DNA from: an uncultured delta proteobacterium
Lineage (GTDB): Bacteria > Myxococcota > UBA727 > VGSZ01
DNA: 64,000 bases
Assembly: GCA_963775425.1 (NCBI GenBank)
Contig: CAVZJB010000009.1
Location: forward strand, 16,616-80,615
Reading direction: 5' to 3'
The translations under genes and the position numbers were made by a program. The notes under the pieces are model-generated. The model saw nothing but the letters and a program-made list of their open reading frames with translations, had not been told where the DNA came from and ran no database searches. Position 1 is the stretch's first letter, and each line of letters starts with the position of its first letter. This document shows positions 31,927 through 41,639 of the stretch, one piece after another.

Positions 31927-34026
31927 ATGAAAGCGACCGAAGCGAAGCTTCTCGAGTTCCTCAAGAAGTCGCCACAGTTCCTGATCCCGATCTACCAGCG
32001 CACCTACAGCTGGACGGAGAAGGAGTGCCGCCAGCTTTGGGATGACGTCCTGCGCGCGGGGCGGCGTGACGACGTGAACGCGCACTTCGTCGGCTCCATC
32101 GTCTACGTCGAGAAAGGTCTCTACAACGTCTCGAGTCAATCGCCGTTGCTCGTCATCGACGGGCAACAGCGCCTGACCACGATCTCGGTGCTCATCGAGG
32201 CACTTGCGCGAACGCTGGGCAACACCGAACCTCTCGAGGGATTCTCGGCGAAGAAGCTGCGCAACTACTACCTCCTGAACCCGCTCGAGGAGGGCGAGCG
32301 TCGCTACAAGCTCGTGCTCTCCCAGACCGACAGGACCTCACTCATCGCGCTCCTCGATCAGGCGCCCGCGCCGAAAGAGGTGTCGGTCCGCATCGACGCG
32401 AACTTCAAGCTCTTCACCGAGTGGCTGGAAGGAGCAAAGGATGAGCTACCCGCGGTCTGCAAGGGGCTCGCGAAGCTGGTGGTCGTGGACATCAGTCTGA
32501 ACCGGGACCACGACAACCCTCAGCTCATCTTCGAGAGCCTCAACTCCACCGGCAAGGAGCTGAGCCAAGCCGATCTCATCCGCAACTTCATCCTCATGGG
32601 GCTCGAGCCTCAACTCCAGACCCGGCTCTACGAGCAGTACTGGCGGCCGATGGAGGTCGACTTCGGTCAGGAGGGTTACGCGACGCACTTCGACAGCTTC
32701 ATGCGCCACTACTTGACGGTAAAGACCGGCGAGATCCCGAACGTCCGCGAGGTCTACGACGCGTTCAAGAGCTACGCGCGCGCGCCCGGCGCAGCAACAG
32801 TCGAAGCCATCGTCGCCGACATCCGCGCCTTTGCCCGGTACTACTGCGCCATGGCACTCGCGGGCGCGGAGCCCGATGCGGACCTCAAGGAGGTCTTCCA
32901 CGACATCCGCGAGCTGAAGGTCGACGTCGCGTTTCCGTTCCTCCTCGACCTCTACAACGACTATTCGAAGCAGAGCCTCGCGAAGGCTGACTTGGTCAAG
33001 ATCGGGCGCCTCATCGAGAGCTACGTGTTCCGTCGCGCAGTGTGCGCCATCCCGACGAACTCGATGAACAAGACCTTCGCGCAGTTCACGAAGACCGTGA
33101 AGAAGGACCGCTACCTCGAAAGTGTGCAGGCCGCGTTCCTGCTTCTCCCCTCGTACCGGCGGTTCCCGAACGACGATGAGTTCAAGCGGGATCTGCGAGC
33201 GAAGGATCTCTACAACTTCCGCAGCCGCAGCTACTGGCTCCGGCGGCTCGAGAACCACGACCGTAAAGAGCGAGTCCCGGTCGATGAGTACACGATCGAG
33301 CACATCCTTCCGCAGAACCAGAACCTGTCTGACAAGTGGCGCGCCGACCTCGGTGCCGATTGGGCCGCCGTGCAGGAGAAGTACCTGCACACGCTCGGGA
33401 ACCTCACGCTCACCGGCTACAACTCCGAGCTGAGCGACCGGCCTTTCCTCGAGAAACGCGACATGAAGGGCGGCTTCGCCGACAGCCCGCTCCGCGTGAA
33501 CCAAGGACTCGGCAAGCTCGACTTCTGGAACGAAGTCACCATCCAGCAGCGCGCGGAAAAATTGGCCGCGACAGCAGCCACGGTGTGGGCGGCTCCCAAG
33601 CTCGAGGCGGCGGTCCTCGATGGTTACAAGCCAAAGCCCGTCGCCGCTGTCGGCTACACGATCGACGATCACCCGCAGCTGGCGCCTGGTCCGATGCGGA
33701 CCCTCTTCGAGGCGTTCAGCAAGGAAGTGCTCGCACTCGATCCGTGCGTCAGGCTGGAGTTCCTGAAGCTGTACGTCGCGTTCAAGGCCGAGACGAACTT
33801 CGTGGACGTGATCCCGCAAGCGAAGCGGCTGCTCCTCTCGTTGAACGTGAGCATCGGCGACATCAACGACCCGAAGGGCGCTTGCAGGGACGTCTCAGGG
33901 CTCGGACGCTGGGGGAACGGTGACGTCGAGGCGGAGCTCAAGACGCCTGCCGAGTTGCCGTACATCATGGGCCTCGTGCGGCAGGCGCTCGAGAAGCAGC
34001 TTGGCGAGGGGAGCGACGGGGAGTGA
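31927..34026 (+). CDS. GmrSD-family type IV (modification-dependent) restriction endonuclease, BrxU-like (DUF262 ParB-like NTPase + DUF1524 His-Me nuclease)
   Basis: DUF262 motifs IPIYQRTYSW and DGQQRLTTI; DUF1524 motif EHILPQN…W…LGNLTLTGYN; SD GGGGAG before the ATG. Confidence 0.8.
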   Translation: MKATEAKLLEFLKKSPQFLIPIYQRTYSWTEKECRQLWDDVLRAGRRDDVNAHFVGSIVYVEKGLYNVSSQSPLLVIDGQQRLTTISVLIEALARTLGNTEPLEGFSAKKLRNYYLLNPLEEGERRYKLVLSQTDRTSLIALLDQAPAPKEVSVRIDANFKLFTEWLEGAKDELPAVCKGLAKLVVVDISLNRDHDNPQLIFESLNSTGKELSQADLIRNFILMGLEPQLQTRLYEQYWRPMEVDFGQEGYATHFDSFMRHYLTVKTGEIPNVREVYDAFKSYARAPGAATVEAIVADIRAFARYYCAMALAGAEPDADLKEVFHDIRELKVDVAFPFLLDLYNDYSKQSLAKADLVKIGRLIESYVFRRAVCAIPTNSMNKTFAQFTKTVKKDRYLESVQAAFLLLPSYRRFPNDDEFKRDLRAKDLYNFRSRSYWLRRLENHDRKERVPVDEYTIEHILPQNQNLSDKWRADLGADWAAVQEKYLHTLGNLTLTGYNSELSDRPFLEKRDMKGGFADSPLRVNQGLGKLDFWNEVTIQQRAEKLAATAATVWAAPKLEAAVLDGYKPKPVAAVGYTIDDHPQLAPGPMRTLFEAFSKEVLALDPCVRLEFLKLYVAFKAETNFVDVIPQAKRLLLSLNVSIGDINDPKGACRDVSGLGRWGNGDVEAELKTPAELPYIMGLVRQALEKQLGEGSDGE

Positions 34027-34916
34027 CGAACGCCGGCGATTCGCCGAAGCAAGGCCCGCCGGTTGAGGCACTCGGTGCTCGCGGCATGGTCCGCGCCCAC
34101 AACCCCATCACGGTGTTCGCCGCACTGGGGCCCAACCCTGCTCCGCTTGCAGAGCTGATCTGGGGCCTCCACCGCCGTGGCCAGGTTGCCGGGGATCTCT
34201 TCTTGGTCGTGGACCCGCGAGGGCACGACTACTTGCATAGGGAGCTCTTGGGTTCGCATCTCGTCCTCGACGAGCTCCGGCAGTTGCTCAACATCGATCT
34301 TGGTCCGGAGAAGATCCACGAGCGCGTCGTTGAAGGTCCGGCAGGCACGGTCCTCGACGACGAAGACCCCACGCACGCCGAGCTCTACAACGCGGCGACC
34401 TGGGAGGTCGCGAGAGAGGCGACCGCGCACGCCGGGGCGCGCCCCGTCGTGTTCGGGCTCGCTGCTGGTCGCCGGCGCACGATGACGGCGATGTCAACGA
34501 TGGCGTTTCAGCTCCTCGCGCGGGAGCACGACACTTGCGTCGACGTCCGGGTCGACGACAAACGCGCCGAGGGCGGCTCCGGCTTCTACTTCCCTGACCA
34601 GCAACAGCAAACGCTGGTCTCAAAAGCCGGAGTCCCGTTCGTCGCCCGTGAGGTCGGCGTTCACCTTGTGGATGTCCACCTTCCCCGACTTCGATCGCTG
34701 CTACCGGATGAGGCCTTCGCGACGTACTCGTCCGCGCTCACCGCAGGGCAGAAGGCCGTCGACGCGGCCGTGCCGCCGAAGCTCGTCGTGGACCTCCCTC
34801 ACGAAGTTGTGCTCATAGATGGCCTTCCCCTGAAGCTCTCTGCTGCGGAGCTGCATTTGGTACGCCACGCTGGCGCTTGCTCGACGTCGAGGCGATGGAT
34901 GGGTTGCAGGCAATGA
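34023..34916 (+). CDS. CARF-domain protein with C-terminal wHTH-like region (Csa3-like ligand-sensing regulator), start uncertain (GTG overlapping the brxU stop)
   Basis: CARF signatures: β1 loop ITVFAALGPNPAPLAELIWGL and PVVFGLAAGRRRTMTAMSTMAFQLLA (D.TGG.K.MS-like); C-terminal …LSAAELHLVRHAG…; low-complexity tail suggests a possible further frameshift. Confidence 0.35.
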   Translation: MTNAGDSPKQGPPVEALGARGMVRAHNPITVFAALGPNPAPLAELIWGLHRRGQVAGDLFLVVDPRGHDYLHRELLGSHLVLDELRQLLNIDLGPEKIHERVVEGPAGTVLDDEDPTHAELYNAATWEVAREATAHAGARPVVFGLAAGRRRTMTAMSTMAFQLLAREHDTCVDVRVDDKRAEGGSGFYFPDQQQQTLVSKAGVPFVAREVGVHLVDVHLPRLRSLLPDEAFATYSSALTAGQKAVDAAVPPKLVVDLPHEVVLIDGLPLKLSAAELHLVRHAGACSTSRRWMGCRQ

Positions 34917-34920
34917 CATC

Positions 34921-35269
34921 ATGGCGGTGAAGACGGTGGCGGCCGCGTGCGCGAAGGCGTTCGCTTGGCCTGAGCTCGCTGTGAAGAACGCGACCCTTGC
35001 GGCGTACATCAAGGGGACGGAGCCGAAGGGCAAGGGAAAGCACGGAAAGGGAGCGACGTCAGAAAAGGAGATCGCCACAGATTCTCAGCAAGCTCCGCTC
35101 GGACACGGCGAAGCACGTCAGGTCGTGGTGCGCGAAAGGCCACCCCGCCTGGAGCGCTTGGATCGTCCCGCAGGCCACGCGGCGACACGTCGACGGGCCG
35201 CTCGTCCACTTCCAGCGCATTCCGCTCGAGTCGAGCCGCATCGAGGTGCTCGGCCTTCCTGGGCAGTAA
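34921..35269 (+). other. Coding-looking stretch of unclear structure (two overlapping frames: MAVKTVAAACAKAFAWPELAV…KGKGKHGK / …ILSKLRSDTAKHVRSWCAKGHPAWSAWIVPQ…GPLVHFQRIPLESSRIEVLGLPGQ*)
   Basis: Non-junk amino-acid composition in parts of two frames between the CARF gene and the phosphatase-like gene; may be a frameshifted small gene or a continuation of the CARF-wHTH protein. Confidence 0.2.
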
Positions 35270-35339
35270 CCTTACGTTGGCCCTGGGTGCCGCCGCTTCC
35301 TGGTTTGCTGACCATCAACAGCAAACAAAGGAAGAACAG

Positions 35340-35672
35340 ATGACCATCAAGACCTCAGACAGCCACCCGCTCTACGCCACGACCATCGACGACTCCCAGC
35401 CGGGGCACGTGCTCCTCACCATGGCCCCCGGAAAGCAGTGCGCCGGCGCCTATGCCGGCGGCTTCTGGAAGCGCGATGTGCAGAAGGACCTCGACCAGCT
35501 CGTCTCCGCGTACAACGCCGGGATGCTCGTGTGCCTCCTGGAGGACCACGAGCTGAGCTCGCTCAAGATTCCGACGCTCATCGCGGAGGCTAGCAAGCGG
35601 AGTATGCGGCCGGCGAACCACGTCTGGACGCGAGCTGCGGCGACTGCCAGCGTGGGCGGGGGCGGCGTGTGA
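35340..35672 (+). pseudogene. N-terminal ~110 aa of a dual-specificity/KAP-type protein-phosphatase-like gene, truncated by IS21 insertion (no HCxxGxxR catalytic loop left)
   Basis: MTIKTSDSHPLYATTIDDSQPGHVLLTMAPGKQ…WKRDVQKDLDQL…MLVCLLEDHEL; ORF stops inside the IS21 terminal repeat (gtgTGAacg); SD AAGGAAG. Confidence 0.45.
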
Positions 35673-35798
35673 ACGGCGTCAACTACCTGTGCCGGGTGGC
35701 GACAACTACCTGTGCCGGTCGTTGCCAGGGTAAACGGCCTCCGCGGCGACCGCGCGGCAGCCAAGGTGAGCGCCTTCAGAACCGGTCGCGCGCCCATA

Positions 35799-36618
35799 TC
35801 AACCTCCGTCCGTAGCGCCGCCGGAGTTCTCGTCGCCAGCGCTCTTGCCCTTAGCTGCTGCCTTTCGTCGCTCGGCCACCTCGCCGCGGTACGTCTTGAC
35901 CTCCGCGAACTCCAAGATCACCGAGTGGTGCACGACGCGGTCGATGGCTGCTGCCGTGGTCATCGGGTCCTTGAAGATCCTGTTCCACTCCGAGAACACC
36001 AAATTCGAGGTGATCAGCATCGAGCGCCGCTCGTACCTCTCGGCCATCAACGTGAAGAGCACGTCGACCTCGTCGGGGCTCTGCTGGACGTAGCCGATGT
36101 CGTCGAGGATAAGGAGCTCGAAGACGTCGAGCGCCCGGAGAGCCCTGCTGAGCTTCAGGTCCCGCTTGGCGGCGAGGAGCTCCTGCACCAACTTGAACGT
36201 CGGCGTGAAGAGCACCGAGTGGCCCTGGCTGACGAGCGCGTGCCCGAGTGCCGCAGCGGCATGACTCTTCCCGACGCCGGGCAGGCCGAAGCAGAGCGCG
36301 TTGTCACAGCGCTCGAGGAAGGCGCCCTTGGCGAGCTCTTTCACCTTGGCCGCGAGCTGCTTCGGGAACCGCGACAGATTCGAGCGTGTCGAGCGTCTTG
36401 CCCGGCGGCAGGCGCGACGCCCGTCGCAACCGGTCGACGCGCCGCTCACGCCGATCGCCGGCCTCAAGCTCGAACAGCTCAAGCACGAGGCCGAGAACGT
36501 CGCCGTGACCCGCGTCGACGAAGCGGGGCCCGAGCTGCTCCGCGAGCGTCGGGAGCTTGAAGGTGATGCAGAGCTCGGCCAGGCGTTCGAGCACGTCGGT
36601 GGGCTTCTTCGTCGTCAT
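35799..36618 (-). CDS. istB: IS21 helper ATPase IstB (apparent 1-bp frameshift near 36360)
   Basis: N-terminal MTTKKPTDVLERLAELCITFKLPTLAEQLG…RRERRVDRLRRASRLPPGKTLDTLE in one frame, then …LSRFPKQLAAKVKELAKGAFLERCDNALCFGLPGVGKSHAAAALGHAL… in the next (extra C in gttCCCgaag). Confidence 0.75.
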
Positions 36619-38111
36619 GCCGCACCTCCCGCCAGGAGCGCGTCGTACACGGCGAGGTCCGGCTTGAGCGGCGCCATCTCGGGAATCGACGGCGTCTCCG
36701 GTTTCACGCGCGCCTTGACGGCGGCGTAGTCGAAGCGCTTGCCCTCCGCGAGCAACTCCACGAGGGCCGCCTCGACCGTGCACTCCATCGTGCTCGCCGC
36801 CAAGTGCAGCACGCGCACGTACTCGATGTCGGCGCGTTCGCCATGCGTCGACGTGAGCGCGTCGTAGGTGCGGCGGAACACCAACGTCGGGAAGAGCTCC
36901 TCGCGATAGCGGTAGCGGGCGAACGCGCCGGGTTTCTTCACCAGCGACCAGATGACGTGGCGGTAGTCGATGCGGGCGGTCTTGTCTCCGCGCAGCCGCG
37001 GCATCGTCTGCACGAGCCGCCCCCGGTAATAGACCTCGACGACGTCGGCGTACTGCCGCGCTTCTACTTGGTGGCCGATCATCCTCGAAGGCACCGAGTA
37101 GATGCGTTTGTTGACGCTGATGGTGCTCCAGCAGCGAACCGCCGGCGTCCACGTCGTGTAGTCCGGCACCCTGGTCGACGGCAGCGGCAGGAGGTGCTCA
37201 CGCTCCATCGCGAGCCGATCGGCGATCTTGTCGTTGTGCGTCTCGTCGACGACGCTGCGGGCGAACGACAGGTATGCGGCCGCGCTCTCGAAGTCGCGGC
37301 TTCCTCGCAACACAAGGGCCTGGGCGAGCGCCGACTTGGTGCGGTTGTGGCGCTGCTCGACGCCGCCGTTCTCGTTCGAGTTGCCGGGCGTGATGCGCGT
37401 CGATGTCATGCCCCAGTGGTCGAGGACCGCCTTCCAGCGCTCCGTCAGCTTGCGCCCTCCGCCCTTCAGCTCATGCGTCGCCGCTGACAAGTTGTCCGAG
37501 CGCGCGATCGCCGGCCGCGCCCCCAGCGCGCACAGCGCGTCCTGGAAGCCCTTCACCAGCGCCTCGAACGTCTCGCTGAACGCGAGCCCGATCGCCGTCC
37601 ACGTCGAGAACGACAGCACGAGCTCGAACAGCAGGTGCGGGAACGGCTCCCCCTGGATCGTGACGCCGAGCTCGTTGCAGTTGGTGAAGTCGAGCGCCGC
37701 CTCGCGCCCCGGCGGGTGCTCCTGCTGGAAGAACACCTCCTGCTCGGGCCCATAGAGCGCCCGCCACTCCCGGATGCGGCGCTGCAGCGTGCGCACCTGG
37801 CCGTCGTCGAACTTCGCCTCGCCTTCCTTTCGCTCCTTGTTGAGCGCGTCGAGGAGCATTGTCGCCTCCAGCACGCGCTCCTTGTCGTCGACGAGGAGCG
37901 GCACGACCTTCGACTCCCACACCCCCTCGAATGGATCCTTCCGCGTCCGCCAAGCTCGGGGTCTCTTGCCCTCGGACGGCAACGGGCCCTCTTGCCAGTT
38001 GCGCGCCGAGCGCTCGCTCATCGCCGCCGCTGCCGCGGCCGCTTCCTGCGTCTTGCCTTCCATCAGTTTCCGCCTCAACAACCTGACCTGCTCGTCCGTG
38101 ATGGGCTTCAT
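36615..38111 (-). CDS. istA: IS21 transposase IstA
   Basis: 498 aa, N-terminal HTH, DDE core, typical IstA C-terminus; stop overlaps the istB start. Confidence 0.85.
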   Translation of the reverse strand: MKPITDEQVRLLRRKLMEGKTQEAAAAAAAMSERSARNWQEGPLPSEGKRPRAWRTRKDPFEGVWESKVVPLLVDDKERVLEATMLLDALNKERKEGEAKFDDGQVRTLQRRIREWRALYGPEQEVFFQQEHPPGREAALDFTNCNELGVTIQGEPFPHLLFELVLSFSTWTAIGLAFSETFEALVKGFQDALCALGARPAIARSDNLSAATHELKGGGRKLTERWKAVLDHWGMTSTRITPGNSNENGGVEQRHNRTKSALAQALVLRGSRDFESAAAYLSFARSVVDETHNDKIADRLAMEREHLLPLPSTRVPDYTTWTPAVRCWSTISVNKRIYSVPSRMIGHQVEARQYADVVEVYYRGRLVQTMPRLRGDKTARIDYRHVIWSLVKKPGAFARYRYREELFPTLVFRRTYDALTSTHGERADIEYVRVLHLAASTMECTVEAALVELLAEGKRFDYAAVKARVKPETPSIPEMAPLKPDLAVYDALLAGGAA

Positions 38112-38147
38112 GGGGCCGCCTCCGCGGCTCCTCAGCAGATCACGGGC

Positions 38148-39900
38148 TCACGCCGTCAGGGCGGCAAAACCGGCACCGGTAATTGTCGTCGAGCGGCACT
38201 GGTAGTTGTCGTTCATCAAGCGGTCCTTGTCCTTCGTCTTCTTGTCTGTGAGCGCGCTCCGCGCGTGCGCGAAGAGCGCCGCGTTCGGCGCGTCGAGGTA
38301 GAGGTTGCGGTTCTGCTTGCCCGCGGCGAGCCCGAGCTCTCTCCGAATGATGTCGGCCTCGTGGTAGTGGACGCCGTAGCGGCACACCATCAGCGTCATC
38401 GCGAGGACCAGCTCGCCGACGTCCAGACGCGCCGCCGCCACGAGGGCCGCTTCTCGCACGGCGCGCGCTTCGTAGATGCGCTGGTCACGCCGCTCCTGTT
38501 CCCGCTTCCACGCGCCGTCGTCGTTCTGGGCTCGACTGTGGGCGGGAGATCCGGGCAGTGGCGCCTCGCGCAGTGGACGCATCACCTTGTGTGCATCCTT
38601 GTGGCCGAGGTCCCACAGCGCAGTCGCGAGGTCCGCTTGGGTGATCAGCCGGCGGGCGTGACCGTCCCTGTCGAGCGTGACGCGAATGGAGGGGTGCCCG
38701 ATGCCGATGACGTCGGCCCATGTCTTGGTCGGCTCTTCGGGTTCTGCTTCGAAGTCGTCCGGGAGCTCAGCGAGCTCGTGGTCTTCGAGGTATGCGCCGG
38801 CGCGGAGGTTCCACTGATCGAGCGCCGCCTTGTGCGCGGCCCGCTCGGGGAACACGGCGTCGATGGCGTGCTCGCGCTCAGCGGTCGTCGCGTGGTGCTG
38901 CCGCTTGATCGCCCACTCGAGGTGGTGCTCGACGTCGATCCACCCGTCGACGGGTTCGCCGCCGAAGCTCCAGAGCGTCTTCGCCTCTTTCGGGTCGATG
39001 ACGTCCTGTCCCTTCTCGAAGGCGGCGGCGAGATTCTCTGTCGGCTTGCACGGTAACCTTGCCTTCCCAGCAGCCGGCGTCGAGGCACGCGTCATGCGAG
39101 TCGGTGTCGCCGATCTGGAACAGCTGCGCCTGCGCATGCGTGCGCTTCCCGCAGGAGAGGCAAGAGCCCGCTGACGAGACCAGGTCGGCGTCATCGAGCA
39201 CCCACCGCGCGTGCATCAGCTTCCTCGATCCGAGCAGGATGAAGTGATCGACCTCGCGGTGGCTCAGCACGGCTCCCTCCTCGATGAGGAACTCGTAGCG
39301 GGTTCGGATCGCCTTCAGCGCTTGATGCTGCGCCTTCTCGTCGACGCGGGCGAAGAGCAGGGCCGACCGGATCTGGAGGTTGCCGCGGCGTAGGAACTCC
39401 TGGACGTCGGCGATGAGCTCGGTGAGCTTGAGGCGCTGGTAGACGTGCGCTTCGGAGCGCCCGACGTCGCCGGCGATCTGGGCAGCGGAGAGGCCGTGCT
39501 CGTCGCGCAGCTGCCGGTAGCTCTCGGCCTCCTCCAGCGGCGGGACGTCCGCGCGCTGGCCGTTCTCGACGAGCATGACCTTGAGCGCCGTGGCGTCGTC
39601 CATCTCCTTCACCACGACCCGGAACGTGGACACCCCGGCGTTCGTGCACGCGCGGAAGCGCCGGTGCCCCGCGACGAGCTCCAGCGCTCCGGGCTCCGTC
39701 GGGTGCGGGCGCGCGAGGCCGGGCACGATCTGTCCCATCTGGGCAATCGACGCCGCGAGTTCTTCGAGCCCATCGAAGGTCTTGCGCGGGTTCCGCGGGT
39801 TCTCGCGCAGCACGGCGAGCGGAACGACGCGGTAGTCGGCCTGCGCATCATCTTTGCGCGGCTTGTGCTTGGTCCTCTTCTCGGCTCCGACGCTCGACAT
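38148..39900 (-). CDS. ParB/sulfiredoxin-like nuclease-domain protein with zinc-ribbon, probably fused (via a frameshift near 39060) to a ~300-aa C-terminal region of unknown function
   Basis: ParB N-terminal domain ELVAGHRRFRA; CLSCGK…CLDAGCW; two overlapping track ORFs (38878..39903 and 38148..39194) whose good-looking parts abut near 39060; ATG 39900 with AAGGAGG. Confidence 0.5.
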
Positions 39901-39985
39901 CACGGCCTCCTTCGGTTCATGTGCGGAGGGATTCGGGTCCTCCGCTTCAACGGCTGAAGCGGGGACCCGATGAAACGGGCCAGGG

Positions 39986-40411
39986 TCACGGCCACTCGAC
40001 GCCGCGGATGCAGCAGCGCAGGACGACGTCTCGCGCGGCGTCGGTGTCGTCGCGGACGGTGCGGCAGGTGTCGCAGCGCTCGATGTTGAAGCTGCCGTCG
40101 CTCTCCTCGTTCATCCACAACCAGCCTGGGCAGAAGCACTCCCGCTCGCCCGTCGCCTTCCAGTGCGCCTCGATTGCGCCGTAGTCGTGCGCCCACGACG
40201 CGCGGATCTCATGCGCGGCGTCGCAATCGGAGCAGATGGCGTAGGTACGGTCGTTGTCGACGGCGCGCTTGCACAGGAAGCACTTGGCGCGCGGCGGCGC
40301 TGTCGAAGTTCGGTCGCGCTCCGATGGCGGGTTCGCCGTCGGGAGACCGAACACCGTTCCGAAGAACTTGCCTCCGCGTGCAGGGCGAAGCCGAGTCTCA
40401 CGTTTCACCAT
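39986..40411 (-). CDS. Cys-rich putative zinc-binding protein (~141 aa)
   Basis: KCFLCKRAV…CSDCDAAHE…CFCPGW…CDTCRTV…CC; upstream ORF part is R/P-rich junk. Confidence 0.45.
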   Translation of the reverse strand: MVKRETRLRPARGGKFFGTVFGLPTANPPSERDRTSTAPPRAKCFLCKRAVDNDRTYAICSDCDAAHEIRASWAHDYGAIEAHWKATGERECFCPGWLWMNEESDGSFNIERCDTCRTVRDDTDAARDVVLRCCIRGVEWP

Positions 40412-40695
40412 GACCTCCGGCGGCTCTGTGCCGCGCTGGCGGAGCAGAGAGCCGCCGGCGGTGGCGTAGGACGCGCGGCGATGACGTCCGCTGCAACGTC
40501 GACGAGCGCGGCCGCGAAGATAACTCCGTCGTCGGAGTAGAGATCGAAGGCGTCGGCGGCGCGTTTCGCGAGCGACACTGCGAAGACGTAACCAGTGAGT
40601 GGGTCCCTCACGTCGGGGAGCACGCGCAGCATAAAGCTCCTCACGAGGGGGCTGCGCGCAAGCTCCTCCACGTCGATGTTGGTCCGGCGTTCCAT
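40405..40695 (-). CDS. Small hypothetical protein (~96 aa)
   Basis: ATG preceded by GGAGGAAGCC; overlaps the downstream gene start by 7 nt. Confidence 0.4.
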   Translation of the reverse strand: MERRTNIDVEELARSPLVRSFMLRVLPDVRDPLTGYVFAVSLAKRAADAFDLYSDDGVIFAAALVDVAADVIAARPTPPPAALCSASAAQSRRRSW

Positions 40696-40796
40696 GGCTT
40701 CCTCCGCTCGCGCCGTCGTGGCGCTCACTTGCGGAGCGCCGACGGCGCGGCGGCGACGCCGCGCGGCCCGAATGGGCCGCGCGCGGCCGACGGGAG

Positions 40797-41048
40797 TCAC
40801 GCGGCAAGCGGCGTGTGGTCGAGCTGATCGTCGAGGAGCTGGGCATGCATGCGGTAGTAGCTGCGCTCCTCCGCCGCCATCTCCTCGAAGAGCGCGACGA
40901 CGTTCGGGAGCGGCATCACCTTGAGCGCGTCGCGCATGTAGCGCGCTGTGTCTTCGGCGCGCCAGCCGAAGAGCTCGAGCTCGTCCTTGATGTTCGCGAG
41001 CTTATACTTGAGCGCAATCGATTCGCTGTTCGTGGTCGAGGTCTTCAT
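40797..41048 (-). CDS. Small hypothetical protein (~83 aa)
   Basis: MKTSTTNSESIALKYKLANIKDELELFGWRAEDTARYMRDALKV…; SD GAGGAGA. Confidence 0.45.
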   Translation of the reverse strand: MKTSTTNSESIALKYKLANIKDELELFGWRAEDTARYMRDALKVMPLPNVVALFEEMAAEERSYYRMHAQLLDDQLDHTPLAA

Positions 41049-41434
41049 GTTCTGTCTCCTCGAGGGGCGTTGTCCGTTGGGCCCCTCTCGAAGACCCGGT
41101 CGAGGGGCCCAGCGGCACAACGAGCGACGACGGCGAGACGGGCGCCGGCGTCGAGGCGACGGGCGTGACGGGCCTCGTCCGCGAGGAGCGCAGCGTCCCG
41201 GCGCGACCGTTGCCGCTGACGACCAGGCCGGCCGTCGGCGGCGTGGCCGTCGATGGAGACCAGAGGAGCGCTAGCGCTTCGGCAGTGGCTTAGACGACGA
41301 TTGAGGGATGGGACGGCGTTCGGACGCGCTCTGGCGCCCTTGACGGAATTTCTGCGACCTCGGGCGTGCTCGGCAGTCGTCGCCCGCGGCGACACTCTCC
41401 GACGCGCCAACAGGGCGCAGAAGGAAGAAGGCAC

Positions 41435-41596
41435 ATGCCCCGCTCGAAGGACGATGACGATCATCGCGCGAACCAACTGAACCCGAACAACGACGCCTAC
41501 TGGCAGTCGCGCGGCGAAGACGAGAAGCCAGACGACTGGGAGGAGCGCGTGGAGAGCCAGGAGAGCATCACCAACAACACGAGCAGCGAGAGCTGA
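41435..41596 (+). CDS. Small acidic hypothetical protein (53 aa)
   Basis: MPRSKDDDDHRANQLNPNNDAYWQSRGEDEKPDDWEERVE…; SD GAAGGAAGAAGG. Confidence 0.3.
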   Translation: MPRSKDDDDHRANQLNPNNDAYWQSRGEDEKPDDWEERVESQESITNNTSSES

Positions 41597-41639
41597 GAGA
41601 AAGGAGGTCCCGCCGGCGGAGACGCCGGCGGGGTCTTCA

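Larger units (their letters stand above)
35670..38215 (-). mobile_element. IS21-family insertion sequence (~2.55 kb, istA-istB) with ~50-bp terminal inverted repeats containing repeated CAACTACCTGTGCCGG sites
   Basis: Left end TGAACGGCGTCAACTACCTGTGCCGGGTGGCGACAACTACCTGTGCCGG matches the reverse complement of the right end TGAACGACAACTACCAGTGCCGCTCGACGACAATTACCGGTGCCGG; istA/istB with ATGA coupling. Confidence 0.85.

Noticed and set aside
34701-35078. Minus-strand small ORFs between the CARF gene and the phosphatase-like gene
   Set aside because: Junk composition; the plus-strand frames look more protein-like.
37635-39056. 473-aa plus-strand ORF across the IS21 end and ParB-like region
   Set aside because: Antisense to istA and to the 38148-39194 gene; no motifs, L/R/V-rich.
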